From NCBI GenBank assembly GCA_934167835.1, contig CAKPLZ010000003.1:11426-75425 (forward strand): DNA of 64,000 bases. The letters are read 5' to 3'. Under the pieces are notes generated by a model. The model saw only the letters and a list, made by a program, of their open reading frames with translations, ran no database searches and was not told where the DNA came from. Below are positions 9,363-19,374 of the stretch, piece by piece. Made by a program: the position numbers and the translations under genes. Source of the stretch: an uncultured Clostridia bacterium. Its GTDB lineage: Bacteria > Bacillota > Clostridia > TANB77 > CAG-508. Position 1 is the stretch's first letter; each line of letters starts with the position of its first letter.

Positions 9363-10694
9363 CTATTCTCTGTATTTTTCCCAATTTGCAAACTTTGTAT
9401 AATTTCCCATCCACAATAGTTCTACAGTTCCTGTTGAACCCGCTCTGTGTTTTGCAAGTATTACTTCTGCAATATTCTTCTTGTCCGTATCTGGATTATA
9501 ATAATCATCTCTGTAAAGGAACATTACGATATCTGCATCTTGCTCTATTGCTCCAGATTCACGAAGGTCTGATAGCATTGGTCTATGGTCTTGTCTTGCT
9601 TCTGCAGCTCTTGATAGCTGTGATAATGCAATTACTGGTACATCTAGTTCTTTTGCAAGAATTTTAAGTGATCTACTTATTTCAGAAATTTCCTGTTCAC
9701 GGCTAGCATTCTTTTTTCCACTACCTTGAATTAACTGTAAATAATCTATTACAATTAATCCAATATTTTTTTCAAGTTTTAGCCTTCTACATTTTGCCCT
9801 TATTTCTGTTATTGAAATTCCTGGAGTATCATCTATATATATCGGTGCTTCCGAAAGTGGTCCTAATGCTGTTGCAAGCTTTACCCAATCTTCCTCATCA
9901 ATTTTACCAGTTCTAACTTTATTGCTATCTACCATAGCTTCACTACATAAAATTCTGTTTACAAGCTGTGATTTTGACATTTCCAAGTTAAAAATAACAA
10001 CAGGTTTCTTTGCATTAACCGCAGCATTTGTTGCAATATTTAAAGCAAAAGCTGATTTTCCCATTGCAGGTCTTGCTGCAACTAAAATTAAATCTGAATT
10101 GTGAAGTCCTGCTGTTTTATAATCTAAGTCGGAAAATCCTGTAGGAATTCCAGTTATTGGTTCCTTTTGGTTATATAATTTTTCAAGCTCTGCGAACGTT
10201 TCTACTAATACATCTTTAATTGGTGTATATCCCTTTTGATTTTTTCCTTGCATGATATCAAAGATTTTCTTTTCAGCTTGGTCCATTATATTGTCTATTT
10301 CCTCATTTTGGCTATATCCCATGCCTTCAATTTCATCTGCTGATTTTATAAGTTTTCTTAAAATAGATTTTTCTTCTACTATTTTTATATATTTATCTGC
10401 ATTTGAAACAAGTGGAACTTTATCTGGAAGAGTTGCTAAATATTCAATTCCTCCTACTGCTTCAAACTTTTGCATTGAAGTAAGCTCTGACTTTACAGTA
10501 ATAATATCTATAGGTTCTCCTCTACTATATAAATTACTCATTGCTTCGTATATAAATCTATTATCTTCTCTATAAAAGTCTTCTGGTTTCAAAACCTCAA
10601 TACTATCCACAACAGCATCTTGATCTGTAAGCATGCACCCCAAAATTGCCTGTTCAGCCTCAATATCATGTGGTGGAATCTTGCCAACTTCCAT
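9363..10694 (-). CDS. dnaB: replicative DNA helicase (DnaB family)
   Basis: EAEQAILGCML N-terminus; Walker A ARPAMGKSAFAL; DnaB C-terminal RecA-like domain. Confidence 0.95.
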   Translation of the reverse strand: MEVGKIPPHDIEAEQAILGCMLTDQDAVVDSIEVLKPEDFYREDNRFIYEAMSNLYSRGEPIDIITVKSELTSMQKFEAVGGIEYLATLPDKVPLVSNADKYIKIVEEKSILRKLIKSADEIEGMGYSQNEEIDNIMDQAEKKIFDIMQGKNQKGYTPIKDVLVETFAELEKLYNQKEPITGIPTGFSDLDYKTAGLHNSDLILVAARPAMGKSAFALNIATNAAVNAKKPVVIFNLEMSKSQLVNRILCSEAMVDSNKVRTGKIDEEDWVKLATALGPLSEAPIYIDDTPGISITEIRAKCRRLKLEKNIGLIVIDYLQLIQGSGKKNASREQEISEISRSLKILAKELDVPVIALSQLSRAAEARQDHRPMLSDLRESGAIEQDADIVMFLYRDDYYNPDTDKKNIAEVILAKHRAGSTGTVELLWMGNYTKFANWEKYRE

Positions 10695-10814
10695 ATAAGT
10701 TTACACCTCTATTCCTTTTTTCCTAAATATAAGAATACCATAAAATTCATGATTTTACAATATTACTAAATAAAAATGTTGATTAAATTAATAATCAACA
10801 TTCTATACTTATTA

Positions 10815-11030
10815 TTATTTTTCTACTCCACTTGCTTGTTCATTTAGGCGATTGTTTCTTGCCACTCTTTCAGCAAAATCTTCATTTAATATTCCTAATC
10901 TGTAAGCACTCATAACTTGGCTGTAATCAATTTCTTCTGTTTGTTTCTTTTGATTTGTTGGTTTTATGCTTTCCAAAAAAGCTTTTCTTCTTTCTGACAT
11001 AAATAAACCTCCTAAAATTTTAAGATGCAA
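10815..11030 (-). CDS. hypothetical small protein
   Basis: ORF between dnaB and rplI; likely start at MSERRK; no motif recognised. Confidence 0.3.
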   Translation of the reverse strand: MHLKILGGLFMSERRKAFLESIKPTNQKKQTEEIDYSQVMSAYRLGILNEDFAERVARNNRLNEQASGVEK

Positions 11031-11070
11031 CCATTATACTATACTTTTCCCAAAAAGTAAAATTTATGAC

Positions 11071-11517
11071 TTATTCACCTGTTACATTTACTGAAAGTTC
11101 GGCATTTATGCCATCTCCAAATTTTATTTCTGCTGTATACCTTCCTAAATTTTTAATTGATTCTTTTAATGCAATTTTCTTTCTATCTATTTCAAATCCA
11201 AATTGCTTTTTAAGTTCTTCAGAAATTTCTTTTGAAGTAATGCCTCCAAATATTTTGCTGTTTTCTCCAACTTTTGCTTTTACTATAAGCTCAAGTTTCT
11301 CAATCTTTTTTGCAATTTCTTTATTTGCTTCTATTTCAGCTTTTTTCTTGTTTGCTTCAGATGTTTTTTTTGCTTGCAATTTTGCTAGGTTATCCTTTGT
11401 TGCTTCTATTGCCAATTTTTTAGGGAACAAATAATTTCTTGCATATCCATCATTTGCTTCTATTGTTTGTTCTTTTCTTCCTACGTTTTTAATATCTTGT
11501 AATAATATTACTTTCAT
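11071..11517 (-). CDS. rplI: 50S ribosomal protein L9
   Basis: MKVILLQDIKNVGRKEQTIEANDGYARNYLFPKKLA typical L9 N-terminus. Confidence 0.9.
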   Translation of the reverse strand: MKVILLQDIKNVGRKEQTIEANDGYARNYLFPKKLAIEATKDNLAKLQAKKTSEANKKKAEIEANKEIAKKIEKLELIVKAKVGENSKIFGGITSKEISEELKKQFGFEIDRKKIALKESIKNLGRYTAEIKFGDGINAELSVNVTGE

Positions 11518-11541
11518 TATTATGCCTCCTTGTTTTATGCT

Positions 11542-12354
11542 TTATAACTCCTGTATGTAATCTTTTATAATTTCCTTAAACGTCATCTTTACTCTATCTG
11601 CTGTTTCTTTAACCTCTTCATGTGATAATTTTTGGTCTAGAATTCCTGCTGCCATGTTTGTTACACATGATATTGCAGACACTTTTATTCCACAATGATT
11701 TGCCACAACTGCTTCTGGAACAGTTGACATTCCTACTGTATCTGCTCCTAGTGTCCTTAATGCTCTAATTTCTGCTGGTGTTTCATAAGTTGGTCCTTTC
11801 ATGTATGCATACACTCCAACATTTGCACGTCCTGTATGTTTTTCTATGATTTTTTCAAGTTTTGCGATTCTTTCTTTATTATAAACTTCACTCATGTCTG
11901 GGAATCTTGGTCCAAATTCATCATCATTTTTTCCTCTTAAAACTGATTCAGCAAAGAAGCTTAAATGATCTTTTATAATCATAAAATCTCCTGGTTTATA
12001 ATTTGTATTTATTCCTCCTGCTGCATTTGTTAAAATCAATTCTTCTATTCCTAATAGCTTAAATACTCTAATTGGTGTTGTAACCTCTTTTAAATCGTAT
12101 CCTTCATAATAATGGAATCTTCCATTCATAGCGATTATTGGTATTCCACTTAAAGTTCCTATTAGCAATTCTCCTGCATGTCCTGCAACAGTTGATACTG
12201 GAAAGTGTGGTATCTCTTGATACTTAATTGAAATCTTATTCTCAATCTCATCTGCAAGTACTCCAAGCCCTGAACCTAATACAATAGCAATTTTAGGTGC
12301 AATTCCACCCATTTTTCCTTTAATATAATCCGCAGCCTCTTTGTAATTAATCAT
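11542..12354 (-). CDS. punA: purine nucleoside phosphorylase (PNP family I, PunA-like)
   Basis: IAIVLGSGLG phosphate loop; 270 aa PNP/MTAP fold. Confidence 0.8.
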   Translation of the reverse strand: MINYKEAADYIKGKMGGIAPKIAIVLGSGLGVLADEIENKISIKYQEIPHFPVSTVAGHAGELLIGTLSGIPIIAMNGRFHYYEGYDLKEVTTPIRVFKLLGIEELILTNAAGGINTNYKPGDFMIIKDHLSFFAESVLRGKNDDEFGPRFPDMSEVYNKERIAKLEKIIEKHTGRANVGVYAYMKGPTYETPAEIRALRTLGADTVGMSTVPEAVVANHCGIKVSAISCVTNMAAGILDQKLSHEEVKETADRVKMTFKEIIKDYIQEL

Positions 12355-12424
12355 ATAAAACCTCCATCTAAAGCCTAAGCTTTAATTTATTTCTACATAT
12401 TAGAATATCATAAATTCCTTGAAA

Positions 12425-13246
12425 TTACAATATTTTTTTCACTAAAAATGGTAATGCTTCCTCAAAATTTACCCCATACTTATCTTTTTCTGGATCTTCA
12501 AATGTTAGTCTTACACATTCTGTTGTAAACTGGGTTGCAATTTTTATTGATTCTTCTATGCTTTTTCCTCTTACCAAGCTTCCTGCTAAGCAGCTTGTGA
12601 ATACATCTCCTGTGCCATGGTAACTTACATTATACTTGGTCTCAAAATTGCTATAGAAATTCTCCCCATCAAATCCTAGTGCTCCAATTTTATTATCTTT
12701 TTCAACACCTGTTATAATTACTTTTTTAGGTCCTAAGCTTCTTAATTTTTCAGCTGTTTTTTTATTGTCTTCAATATTTGAATTTTCTTTATACTGTTCT
12801 CCTGATAGAAGGCTACTTTCTGTTAAGTTAAGTCTTAAAATATCAGCCTTTTTACATACTTCTTTCATTTTTTGAATAATGCTATCATTAATTCCCGCAT
12901 ACATTTTTCCATTATCAGCCATTGCTGGGTCAAAAACTACTATATTTTTATCAGTTTTAAACTCATCTATAAAATCTAGTACTAAATCCAAAATTTCTTC
13001 TGTTCCAGTATATCCAATATATATTAAGTCAAATTCAAAATTCTCCTCTTTCCAGTGCTTCATGATTTTTCTACATTCATCAGCTAAATTTTTAAAAGTA
13101 AAATTTTTAAACGCTGTATGTGTTGAAAGAATTGCTGTTGGCAATATTGCTGTTTCAACCCCCATACTAGATATAATAGGCAAAGCCACCGTTTCAGAAC
13201 ATTTCCCTATACATGATATGTCTTGTATTGATACTATTCTTTTCAT
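12425..13246 (-). CDS. pdxK: pyridoxal/pyridoxamine kinase (PfkB-like PdxK/PdxY)
   Basis: 273 aa; ribokinase-like GTGDVFTS anion-hole motif near C-terminus. Confidence 0.75.
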   Translation of the reverse strand: MKRIVSIQDISCIGKCSETVALPIISSMGVETAILPTAILSTHTAFKNFTFKNLADECRKIMKHWKEENFEFDLIYIGYTGTEEILDLVLDFIDEFKTDKNIVVFDPAMADNGKMYAGINDSIIQKMKEVCKKADILRLNLTESSLLSGEQYKENSNIEDNKKTAEKLRSLGPKKVIITGVEKDNKIGALGFDGENFYSNFETKYNVSYHGTGDVFTSCLAGSLVRGKSIEESIKIATQFTTECVRLTFEDPEKDKYGVNFEEALPFLVKKIL

Positions 13247-13304
13247 AAATCCTCCATTTCTTTTTCACCTATTTATACCATAAATTCTAAAAAAACACAA
13301 CACT

Positions 13305-13986
13305 CTAATCGAGTGTTGTGCTAGTTCTTCCAGTACCTACTACATCTTCTTGAAGAGAACGCCAAGTATTGCATCCAATTACTCCGGTCTGAAGCTAATC
13401 CTCTTGACGTTTGATATCTACGAACAGCCTCTTCCGTTCTTCCTCCAAAAATTCCATCTAAACCACCAGTTTTATACCCCAAAGTGTTCAAATCATCCTG
13501 AGCAATTAAAACATAAGTGCTAATGCTACCTCTTCTAACAATTGGATATCCCCCTGTTGAACAAGCTGGCCTGCCAAAGCGTTTGTCAAAGTGAACCCAA
13601 GTTGGAGTAAGGTTTGCTGGTTCTACATAAGACCATACTCCTGATTCTTGCGCCAAATTTCTTAAAGCATTTCTCTCACTATTACTAAGCCTTTGACCAA
13701 CATCAAAAGCCACACCAGCATAATGTTGAGATAAATTACTATGCCCACCTTCCCATGGTCTTTTAAAAGCAAAACCCACCGGAATTGGTTGCCCATACAA
13801 ATACCTCGTTGCATTCCAACTCTGCATTGCCCTCTTTGTTGTCCACAAAGTATTGCTATTACTTGAACCCCTAAACTCTCGAACCAATAAGCTCCTATTT
13901 GTATTATAAGGCATTGGTTCGTTTTCATTTCTATAATAGGTCTCCATGCGGTTTGTGTCGTTATTAAAAACAATTATCTTCGCCAT
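13305..13986 (-). pseudogene. peptidase M15 (VanY / L-Ala-D-Glu peptidase-like) with C-terminal PG_binding_1 domain; GC-anomalous (about 40% GC); frame interrupted at in-frame CGG 13384-13386 (as assembled ORF ends at 13321)
   Basis: HYAGVAFDV...WVHFD zinc-peptidase motifs; after dropping the C of GACCGGAG the tail reads GLASDGVIGCNTWRSLQEDV, a canonical PG-binding domain. Confidence 0.65.
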
Positions 13987-14105
13987 AAAAATTCCTCCAT
14001 AAAAGTCTTAGTATATTTTATGACTTTTGTGGAGATTTGGTTATTATATAAATTGCCTTAAAGATTCATGATGCCAGTTTCTCGTGCTGTACTTTTAAAA
14101 CTCAC

Positions 14106-14801
14106 TTACAAATATTTTTTTAGTTCTTTTAATTCCTTTATTTGATATTCATAACTTGAATTTTCTTTTTCCCTATTAACCCAAATTCCTTGCATTCCCG
14201 CATTTAAGCTTCCTTCAATATCTACTTTATATTTGTCTCCAATCATTACACAATTTTTTGGTTCTGAATCAACCATTTGACATGCAATATCAAAAATTTC
14301 CTTTTCTGGTTTAGAACATCCTACTTCACTCGAAATAACTATATTTGAAAAATATTTATTGAGCCCTGTATGCTCAATTTTTCGTCTTTGTTGTTTTCCA
14401 TTTCCATTTGAAATTATAGCAAGCTTATATTTGCTTTTTAAATTTTTTAGTACTTCTTCGGTGTCATTAAATAGACTCCAATTTGTTTCATAGATTTTTT
14501 GATAGTCTCTAAATTTATTTTTAGCCTCAATTTCGGATATATTAATTAAATAGTTACTAAATAATCCCTGCATTCTTTTCATTCTCAATTCTTCAAATGA
14601 TATTTTCCCTTTATGATATTCCTCATATATTTCTAATGTAATATTATTCCATATTTGTGCAAACTCATCATTTTTCACTTTATCAAATTCACTATACATT
14701 TTTTTAAATTCACAAATTGCATCATATTCTGCTTTTTTGCTATTAACAAGTGTATCATCTAGGTCAAATAGAACTGCATTTATTTCTCCGTTACAATACA
14801 T
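14106..14801 (-). CDS. HAD-IA family hydrolase
   Basis: LFDLDDTLV motif I, ISNGNGKQQ, GDKYKVDIEG motif IV. Confidence 0.8.
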   Translation of the reverse strand: MYCNGEINAVLFDLDDTLVNSKKAEYDAICEFKKMYSEFDKVKNDEFAQIWNNITLEIYEEYHKGKISFEELRMKRMQGLFSNYLINISEIEAKNKFRDYQKIYETNWSLFNDTEEVLKNLKSKYKLAIISNGNGKQQRRKIEHTGLNKYFSNIVISSEVGCSKPEKEIFDIACQMVDSEPKNCVMIGDKYKVDIEGSLNAGMQGIWVNREKENSSYEYQIKELKELKKYL

Positions 14802-14814
14802 ATTTTTTTCTCTC

Positions 14815-15156
14815 CTATTCCCTATAATTATCTATATCCAACTCCCCCTCAAAATTCCTATCTGTAAGCTCTTCATCTATTTCATACTTTCCATCCTTAT
14901 ACCTTAATATGAACCCTTCACTTACCACCTGCCTTATATTCTCTGGCAAGTCTGTTGCTTCGAAGACTTTTTTGTCTCCGAATTTGGTTAGGTAAATTTG
15001 TTTTGGGTTCGCGTTTAGGACATAGTATAGGCCTTCTTGTCTTTCTATAGGTTTTTGATGTGCTTTTTTTATATAATTTGAAAGTTCTTGTAAAAAGCCT
15101 GTTATTTCTGTCTTTTGATTTTTGTTTTCTAGTTTTCTAAATGATTCTAATTTCAA
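14815..15156 (-). CDS. hypothetical protein (113 aa)
   Basis: ORF only; possibly co-transcribed with HAD hydrolase. Confidence 0.4.
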   Translation of the reverse strand: MKLESFRKLENKNQKTEITGFLQELSNYIKKAHQKPIERQEGLYYVLNANPKQIYLTKFGDKKVFEATDLPENIRQVVSEGFILRYKDGKYEIDEELTDRNFEGELDIDNYRE

Positions 15157-15169
15157 TGTGTCATCTCCT

Positions 15170-15922
15170 TTAATTTAGAGAACTGTCACCATTTTTATAG
15201 TTTATTGTGATTCCTGGTTGATTGTTGTATATATATACATTAAAGCATATTCCTTCTCCCATATCTTCTACTGATTTTGCTTCTATTTGCACTCCATTTG
15301 CAACTAGGTTTTCATTTTCAAATATTGGAGTTACTCTATAAAGAACATGATTGCCTGTTTTTTTTATGTATTCTGCAACTTTATTTTCGAATGGTAACAT
15401 TCCCTGAACATTCATATATCTGGTTCCTGTTATTAAATTTTCTTTATTTGCATTTTCTGCTGTTAGTTGGTAACCTATTAAGTGGCATCGGTTATATAGA
15501 TATCTTCCTTCAACTATATCATATTTTGTTGTTTGCCAGCCTGATGGTTTTACGCTATTTATCGCTCCTCTTTCTTCTGTTGGCATTGTTTCTGTTCCGA
15601 CATTTGCAATAGCTGGTCCGCATCTTCCTAAAGAATCTAATGGACTATATTTTTCAAAAGATTCTGTTACAAGTTCTTCATCTTTAAACTCTGGTATGTT
15701 GTTATTTATAATAACATACGGATTCCCTTCAAACGCAGGTATTGTATTTAGATCAAATGATGAAGTATATGATATTTCCTGATTTTTCTCTAAAGCACTT
15801 GTAGCCTCTGGAATTTCAATATTAAAATATCCAGTAATTCCTAGTATTATTGCCACTATAATGGTTATTAATGTTTTGTATATACTATTATCTTTTCTTT
15901 TGCTCATAGTTAACTCTCCCAA
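15170..15922 (-). CDS. membrane-anchored DNA/RNA non-specific endonuclease (EndA/NucA family)
   Basis: N-terminal TM anchor; active-site region NRCHLIGYQLTAENANKENLITGT resembling DRGH..N..N nuclease motif. Confidence 0.75.
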   Translation of the reverse strand: MGELTMSKRKDNSIYKTLITIIVAIILGITGYFNIEIPEATSALEKNQEISYTSSFDLNTIPAFEGNPYVIINNNIPEFKDEELVTESFEKYSPLDSLGRCGPAIANVGTETMPTEERGAINSVKPSGWQTTKYDIVEGRYLYNRCHLIGYQLTAENANKENLITGTRYMNVQGMLPFENKVAEYIKKTGNHVLYRVTPIFENENLVANGVQIEAKSVEDMGEGICFNVYIYNNQPGITINYKNGDSSLN

Positions 15923-15983
15923 ATTAATATGCCATATTATATCACAAATTTTATAATGAATTCTAGTATTTTTGTATTATTAA

Positions 15984-17006
15984 TTGTTTTTTGAACATTT
16001 TTGTGATACTATATTTACGGTGAAATTAATGAGAGATTTTATTCGCAAAAATAGTGGACTTCTAATTATTATATTGATTGTACTTATACAAATAGTTTTG
16101 AATGTGTCAATAGCAGTGTTTTCAGGCTGTCCCATAGATTGGTTTGGTCTTTTTTCTAATGTTGTTTTATTGATTTTTACTAATTATTTTATTTGTAAAA
16201 TTTCAAACAAGTTGTTTAGAAGTCAAATATATTCAATGTTTTTATGTATTATAAATGGATTTTCAGCAATATTTTTTGCTAGCAAGTCTTACTCTATAAC
16301 TTATGAATTATCTAATCTATTTATTTTGATGATTGCATACATCCATCTTGTTCTATGGAGAAAAAAGAAAATAAATATTTTATGGTTTTTAGCAATTATT
16401 CCAATAATATCAATTGGAAATTTAGTGCATTTTTCTTTTTTAATTTTTGCTTTTTGTTTATTTACATTATATATTTTAAAATGTGTTAAAAATAAGAACT
16501 ACAAGATTTTGGCAAAATATACTAGTACTGTTTTAATTGGATTTATTTTATCATTGATAATGGGTCACTTTCTATATAAAGCGGTGCCATTAGAAAGCAA
16601 TTTAATAAATTCATTTAGTATTTCTAATATTACTGTTCAAAAGTTGGAATACTTTCTTGTAGTAAATTACGGATTCTTTTATAATTTATTGTTACTATTT
16701 ATAATTTGCATAGGCCTTATTTGCTACAAAAAAAAGACTAGACATTTAAGGAAAAATTCACAGGTTTCTTTATTTTGTATTCCTGTACTTATCTATCTAA
16801 TCTTTGTAATTGTTTTTACACCTACAGTTTCAATCGAATTTTTAATTCCAGTTTGTTCTGTAGCTTTGATTATGATTTTTTATATTACTCAAAAATTTTT
16901 ATTTGAGCATTTAGAAAACGGTGAATCAATATTTTTGCTTATATTGCTTGCCACTATATATTTTTATAACTATATTACTGGCTGTTTAAATATTGTTATT
17001 ATGTAA
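15984..17006 (+). CDS. polytopic integral membrane protein, function unknown
   Basis: Roughly 10 predicted TM helices; very AT-rich with low complexity. Confidence 0.45.
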   Translation: MFFEHFCDTIFTVKLMRDFIRKNSGLLIIILIVLIQIVLNVSIAVFSGCPIDWFGLFSNVVLLIFTNYFICKISNKLFRSQIYSMFLCIINGFSAIFFASKSYSITYELSNLFILMIAYIHLVLWRKKKINILWFLAIIPIISIGNLVHFSFLIFAFCLFTLYILKCVKNKNYKILAKYTSTVLIGFILSLIMGHFLYKAVPLESNLINSFSISNITVQKLEYFLVVNYGFFYNLLLLFIICIGLICYKKKTRHLRKNSQVSLFCIPVLIYLIFVIVFTPTVSIEFLIPVCSVALIMIFYITQKFLFEHLENGESIFLLILLATIYFYNYITGCLNIVIM

Positions 17007-17024
17007 AAAGGCAAATATGCCTTT

Positions 17025-19133
17025 TTATTTTTTACTACATGATGCACAATACGGACATCTTGCGCAACTTCCCTCATTTTTCTTTAAATTTAAAATACCT
17101 AAAATTACAATTGCTATACATAGTGAAATTATTAAATCTGCTAGATTTATATTTTTTCTTTCTATATTTAAACCTATTTGGTACACTATTGTACTTAAAA
17201 GCCATGCTAAACCTATTTGAAAGCTGACTGCTTTAATAACATTTTTTGTTCCACCAAGCTCCTTTTTCATAGCTCCTATTGCTCCGAAACATGGTGCGCT
17301 AAATAGGTTAAACACTAAAAATGAATATGCTGATGCTGCAGTAAAAAATCCGAATACCCCTGTTGCTTCAAATATTTGGTTTCCTGTTCCAGTCTCCTTT
17401 GCAAGACCTGAAATTACTGCCATTGATGATATTACCTGCTCTTTTGCAACAAGCCCCTGTATAACAGAAACTGTTGCCTCCCAACTGTTTTTCCCGATTA
17501 CTGGGTAAAAAACAAATGATATTTTTTGACCAACTTTAGCTAAAATGCTTTGTTCTACATTTACTCCATATTCCAATTTTGTAGAAAATGATAACAAAAA
17601 CCAAATTATAATTGAACAGATTAAAATTGTGCTTCCCGCTCTTTTTATAAAAGCCAAAACTTTTTCTGCTACATCTTTTACTATATACTTTAAACTCGGA
17701 ATTTTATACTCTGGAAGTTCTGATATATATGTACTAGAAGTATTTTTAAATATAAATTTCTTCATTATAAAGCTACTTAAAATTATCACTCCTATTGCAA
17801 AAAAATATAATGAAGCTGATACAAGTCCTGCATTTTCTTTAAAGAAATATCCTGTAAATAATGCTATTATTGGTAACTTTGCACTACATGGAATGAATGG
17901 TGTTAAAATTGCTGTCATTTTTCTTTCATCTTCATTTTCTATTATTCTGCTTCCCATAATTCCTGGAACACTACAACCTGACCCAACAATGAATGGAATT
18001 AAGCTTTTTCCGCTAAGACCAATTTTTCTAAATAATTTATCTAGCAAAATTGCGATTCGTGCCATATAGCCTGTTGTTTCTAATATTGAAATGCATAAAA
18101 ATAGTATTGCAAGTTGTGGAATAAAACTCAAAACTGCCCCAACTCCAGCTATTATTCCATCTACTATTAAGCTATTTATCCAAGAAGAAACATTTGCTTT
18201 TTCCATAAAAGCCGACATTAATTTACCTAAGTTTTCAAAGCCATTTGAAATCCATTCAGCAGTATATTTACCAACCACTCCAACTGACAAATAGTATATT
18301 AGAAACATAATACCTATAAAAATTGGTATTGCAATCCATTTGTTTAAAAGAATTTTATCTAATTTATCTGAATTATGGGTTTCAATAACTATTCTTTGAG
18401 TGCATTCATTTTTTACATTTTCAATAAATCTATATCTCTCTGTTGCCACAACTTCTTCAATATCTATATCATATTTTTTTCTTAAGTTATGTTTTTGTTC
18501 TTCTATAAAAGCTGTGCAATAATGGCAAAATCTTGGGTCACTTTCTAATATTTTTACTGCAGTAAATCTTTTATTTGTTTTGTTGTTTAAAATGTTATTA
18601 TTAATGTTATTTATAGCAGTTTCCAGGTCTTTATCATATATTTTTATTTGATTTTTTGTTCTATAGTTTTTAATCTCTGAAAGTAACTCTGTTATCCCTG
18701 TTTGTTTTAAAGCAGATATTTTGACTACTTTTGTTCCAATTTTTTCTTCTAGTTTTTGAATATTAATTTTTATTCCCTTTTTCTCTAGCATATCTGCCAT
18801 GTTGAGTGCAACTATAACTTTGGAATCTAGTTCCAAAAGCTGTGTTGTAAGGTATAAACTTCTTTCAAGTGATGTGCTATCTATAATGTTTACTATTATT
18901 TCTGGATTTTCCTCGAAAATAAATTTTCTTGCAATTTCTTCTTCTGTGCTATATGGGCTAAGTGAGTAAATTCCTGGCAAGTCTGTTATCTCATAATTAG
19001 TGCCTTTTACTATTGCACTTTTTTTCTCAACTGTAACCCCTGGCCAATTGCCTATTTTAGCATTCATTCCAGTTATTGCATTAAACAATGTTGTTTTTCC
19101 ACTATTTTGATTTCCTACTAGTGCAATTTTCAC
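17025..19133 (-). CDS. feoB: ferrous iron transport protein B
   Basis: G-domain GNQNSGKTTLFNAITG, gate motifs, C-terminal Cys-rich tail. Confidence 0.95.
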   Translation of the reverse strand: MKIALVGNQNSGKTTLFNAITGMNAKIGNWPGVTVEKKSAIVKGTNYEITDLPGIYSLSPYSTEEEIARKFIFEENPEIIVNIIDSTSLERSLYLTTQLLELDSKVIVALNMADMLEKKGIKINIQKLEEKIGTKVVKISALKQTGITELLSEIKNYRTKNQIKIYDKDLETAINNINNNILNNKTNKRFTAVKILESDPRFCHYCTAFIEEQKHNLRKKYDIDIEEVVATERYRFIENVKNECTQRIVIETHNSDKLDKILLNKWIAIPIFIGIMFLIYYLSVGVVGKYTAEWISNGFENLGKLMSAFMEKANVSSWINSLIVDGIIAGVGAVLSFIPQLAILFLCISILETTGYMARIAILLDKLFRKIGLSGKSLIPFIVGSGCSVPGIMGSRIIENEDERKMTAILTPFIPCSAKLPIIALFTGYFFKENAGLVSASLYFFAIGVIILSSFIMKKFIFKNTSSTYISELPEYKIPSLKYIVKDVAEKVLAFIKRAGSTILICSIIIWFLLSFSTKLEYGVNVEQSILAKVGQKISFVFYPVIGKNSWEATVSVIQGLVAKEQVISSMAVISGLAKETGTGNQIFEATGVFGFFTAASAYSFLVFNLFSAPCFGAIGAMKKELGGTKNVIKAVSFQIGLAWLLSTIVYQIGLNIERKNINLADLIISLCIAIVILGILNLKKNEGSCARCPYCASCSKK

Positions 19134-19134
19134 T

Positions 19135-19374
19135 TTATACCACCTCGACTTCTATCTGTGTTAAATCCTCTTTTCTTATACATAACTCATAATCTCTAAG
19201 TTTAATATCTATTGGATCTCCCATTGGAGCAATTTTCTTTATTTCAATGGTTGTGCCTCTCGTAATTCCCATATCCAATAAGTGTCTGCGAATTTCTTGA
19301 TTTTGAATTTTAAGTGATTTTACAATCCCCTTTTCCCCTATATTTAATTCTGATAATTTACAAGTTTTTTTCAT
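19135..19374 (-). CDS. feoA: ferrous iron transport protein A
   Basis: 79-aa FeoA SH3-like domain directly upstream of feoB. Confidence 0.85.
   Translation of the reverse strand: MKKTCKLSELNIGEKGIVKSLKIQNQEIRRHLLDMGITRGTTIEIKKIAPMGDPIDIKLRDYELCIRKEDLTQIEVEVV

Noticed and set aside
1876-9667. Numerous 60-130-aa plus-strand ORFs inside ileS, ftsH, tilS and dnaB (e.g. 3427-3780, 7169-7543, 9386-9667)
   Set aside because: They are antisense to strongly supported essential genes, Leu/Phe/Ser-rich low-complexity translations typical of antisense frames in AT-rich DNA, with no start signals.
13662-13973. Alternative-frame 103-aa ORF inside the M15 peptidase gene
   Set aside because: It is in the same orientation but an internal frame of a gene whose main frame carries clear peptidase and PG-binding motifs. 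It is an artefact of the higher GC of this gene.
13283-13990. Prophage call based on the endolysin-like M15 gene
   Set aside because: No capsid, tail, integrase or holin genes flank it. It is a single gene between pdxK and a HAD hydrolase, so I describe it as a lone acquired or relic lysin only.
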